This document shows, one piece after another, positions 30,364-32,000 of a stretch of 32,000 bases of DNA (its first letter is position 1; the number at the start of each line of letters is the position of its first letter). Both the position numbers and the translations under genes were made by a program. Under the pieces are notes generated by a model, which did not search any database, was not told the DNA's origin, and saw nothing but the letters and a program-made list of their open reading frames with translations. Origin of the DNA: Candidatus Atelocyanobacterium thalassa isolate ALOHA (GTDB lineage: Bacteria > Cyanobacteriota > Cyanobacteriia > Cyanobacteriales > Microcystaceae); NCBI RefSeq assembly GCF_000025125.1, contig NC_013771.1, forward strand, positions 660,001 to 692,000, in the 5' to 3' direction.

Positions 30364-31839
30364 ATGCTACAAACTACTGGTTTGATTAATAATAACGCAT
30401 CTATAGCCAACAAGACGGATTTTACAGAAACGTTATCTACCCCTGAAGCCAAGAAAAGCGGCTCTTGTCCTTCAACAGGAGACAAGCCACAATTAGACGC
30501 TAGTATTCAGGAACGCATCGCTAAGCACCCATGTTATAGCGAAGATGCTCATCATCACTATGCGAGGATGCATGTTGCTGTTGCCCCTGCTTGCAACATC
30601 CAATGCAATTATTGTAATCGTAAGTATGATTGTGCTAATGAAAGTCGTCCAGGTGTTGTTAGTGAGGTTTTAACTCCAGAAGAAGCAGCTCATAAAGCTT
30701 TAGTGGTTGGCGGTAAAATACCGCAGATGACGGTTCTGGGAATTGCAGGTCCTGGAGATCCACTTGCCAACCCCAAGCAAACATTTCGCACATTTGAATT
30801 AGTCGCGGACAAAGCTCCAGATATTAAGCTTTGTTTATCAAGTAACGGTCTTATGCTTCCTGAATATATAGACCGCATCAAAGAACTCAACATTGACCAT
30901 GTTACATTAACAATCAATATGGTTGACCCTGAAATTGGGGCTAAAATTTATCCCTGGGTCCGCTATAACCGCAAGCGCTATAAAGGTATAGAGGGTGTCA
31001 AAATTCTTCATGAGAAGCAAATGGAATCCCTTGACGCTCTCAGAGAAGCAGATATTCTCTGTAAAGTCAATTCAGTAATGATACCTGGCATAAATGATGA
31101 GCACCTTGTGGAGGTAAATAGGGTCATCCAGTCTAAAGGAGCATTTCTCCATAATATAATGCCTCTCATCTCAGCTCCTGAACATGGTACTCACTTTGGA
31201 TTAACTGGTCAAAGAGGTCCTACTCCGAAAGAATTAAAAACTCTTCAAGACAAATGTTCAGGCAATATGAAAATGATGCGCCATTGTCGTCAATGTCGTG
31301 CTGACGCTGTAGGTTTACTAGGAGAAGATCGTTCTCAAGAATTTACTAAAGATAAAATTCTAGATATGAAGCCTGAATATGACTCAAAACAGAGGCAAGA
31401 TGTTCATGCAAGTATCGAAAAGTTTACAGCCGAAGTAAATACAGTTAAGGAAGAGCAAAATACTCAAATTACATCAGATACATCTACGCCTTCAATTTTA
31501 GTAGCAGTGGCAACCAAGGGTAACCGACTAGTTAACCAGCATTTCGGTCATGCTACAGAATTTCAAATTTTTGAAGTAAATGGCACTGATGTAAAATTTA
31601 TCGCTCACCGTAAAGTTGATCACTACTGCCAATCTGGCTATGGTGAAGAAACAAGCCTAGACAGTATTATTAAGTCTATCTCTGACTGTAAAGGAGTTTT
31701 AGCTTCTAAAATTGGTCTCTGTCCTCAGGAAGCACTCAGGAATGCTGGATTAGAACCTTATGAGGCATATGACATTATTGATAATGTCGCCATCAATTTT
31801 TATAAAGAGTATATGCAAAAGCAAACCGTAGGAGCTTAA
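30364..31839 (+). CDS. nifB: FeMo-cofactor biosynthesis radical-SAM protein NifB, with a C-terminal NifX-like domain
   Basis: The 491-aa ORF has [36 protein letters not shown] (CX3CX2C radical-SAM motif). It also has the C-terminal [10 protein letters not shown] and a NifX/NafY-like tail ([26 protein letters not shown]). Confidence 0.97.
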   Translation: MLQTTGLINNNASIANKTDFTETLSTPEAKKSGSCPSTGDKPQLDASIQERIAKHPCYSEDAHHHYARMHVAVAPACNIQCNYCNRKYDCANESRPGVVSEVLTPEEAAHKALVVGGKIPQMTVLGIAGPGDPLANPKQTFRTFELVADKAPDIKLCLSSNGLMLPEYIDRIKELNIDHVTLTINMVDPEIGAKIYPWVRYNRKRYKGIEGVKILHEKQMESLDALREADILCKVNSVMIPGINDEHLVEVNRVIQSKGAFLHNIMPLISAPEHGTHFGLTGQRGPTPKELKTLQDKCSGNMKMMRHCRQCRADAVGLLGEDRSQEFTKDKILDMKPEYDSKQRQDVHASIEKFTAEVNTVKEEQNTQITSDTSTPSILVAVATKGNRLVNQHFGHATEFQIFEVNGTDVKFIAHRKVDHYCQSGYGEETSLDSIIKSISDCKGVLASKIGLCPQEALRNAGLEPYEAYDIIDNVAINFYKEYMQKQTVGA

Positions 31840-31842
31840 AAG

Positions 31843-32000
31843 ATGAGCAACGTTTCAGAGTATTGTCTCAAGTTGAGTTACTTAACATCTGCCAAGTCTT
31901 CTTCTGAGACGTCATCAGCTTCGATGGATAGTAAGTGCAGGAGTTGTGTTAACAATTATTCTATTCCACCATGTACTGGATTTTCCAAGGATTATAATTG
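31843..32000 (+). CDS. fdxN-position ORF (2[4Fe-4S] ferredoxin-like, apparently degenerate), partial at the window end
   Basis: An ATG 3 nt after the nifB stop opens a frame that stays open to the window end. It encodes MSNVSEYCLKLSYLTSAKSSSETSSASMDSKCRSCVNNYSIPPCTGFSKDYN. The C-x2-C-x8-C spacing at residues 32-44 matches the second cluster motif of FdxN. The first CxxCxxCxxxCP motif is not present. Confidence 0.45.
   Translation, partial: MSNVSEYCLKLSYLTSAKSSSETSSASMDSKCRSCVNNYSIPPCTGFSKDYN

Noticed and set aside
12836-30917. Other short track ORFs that overlap real genes: 12836-13045, 15105-15293, 15394-15585, 17295-17486, 23471-23674, 24188-24370, 27720-27905, 28151-28375 and 30690-30917.
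   Set aside because: Each lies within, or largely overlaps, a well-supported gene (DUF4168-like, hypF, ispH, GTPase, dam, nifZ/nifV, nifV, nifB) in another frame or strand. None has family signatures.
1-32000. A search for tRNA, rRNA, CRISPR arrays, transposases/IS elements, integrases, toxin-antitoxin pairs or known defence-system genes.
   Set aside because: I found none. The intergenic regions are uniformly AT-rich and lack tRNA-like GC-rich arms (no GTTCGAATC-type T-loops outside coding sequence). There are no regularly spaced direct repeats. Every large ORF has a housekeeping or nif-related assignment. The PIN domain here belongs to the conserved membrane PIN/TRAM (YacL-like) family and is not a VapC toxin with a partner antitoxin.

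Overview
This is a very AT-rich cyanobacterial window. Two 60-nt lines counted by hand gave about 30% GC in accessory genes and about 50% GC in nifB. The gene content and order match a unicellular diazotroph of the Cyanothece/Crocosphaera lineage with a reduced genome. That would fit UCYN-A (Candidatus Atelocyanobacterium thalassa) or a diatom spheroid body, but I cannot tell which from sequence alone. Left to right, the window holds a partial NHL-repeat gene, rpsT-rpoB-rpoC2, pdxH, a membrane PIN/TRAM protein, and a DUF4168-like secreted protein followed by plsC. Next come hypF, gcvH, ispH, a small membrane protein, a pseudouridine synthase, and a PAP2 phosphatase plus ArnT-like GT-C glycosyltransferase pair. 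These are followed by a GTPase with a membrane tail, a frameshifted dam methyltransferase, pdxA and petM (not in the ORF track). The window ends with the left edge of the nif cluster: an ArsC-like nitrogenase-associated protein, nifT, nifZ, nifV and a DUF2949-like ORF on the minus strand. These are divergent from nifB and a partial fdxN-position ORF on the plus strand. I found no rRNA, tRNA, CRISPR array, transposase or obvious defence system, and I do not see a clearly novel multi-gene system. The observations most worth follow-up are: (1) a perfect 70-bp palindrome inside the nif operon spacer; (2) a dam gene broken at an A6 run; (3) an fdxN-like ORF whose cysteine ligands appear eroded; (4) a 1.2-kb ORF-free divergent nif control region.
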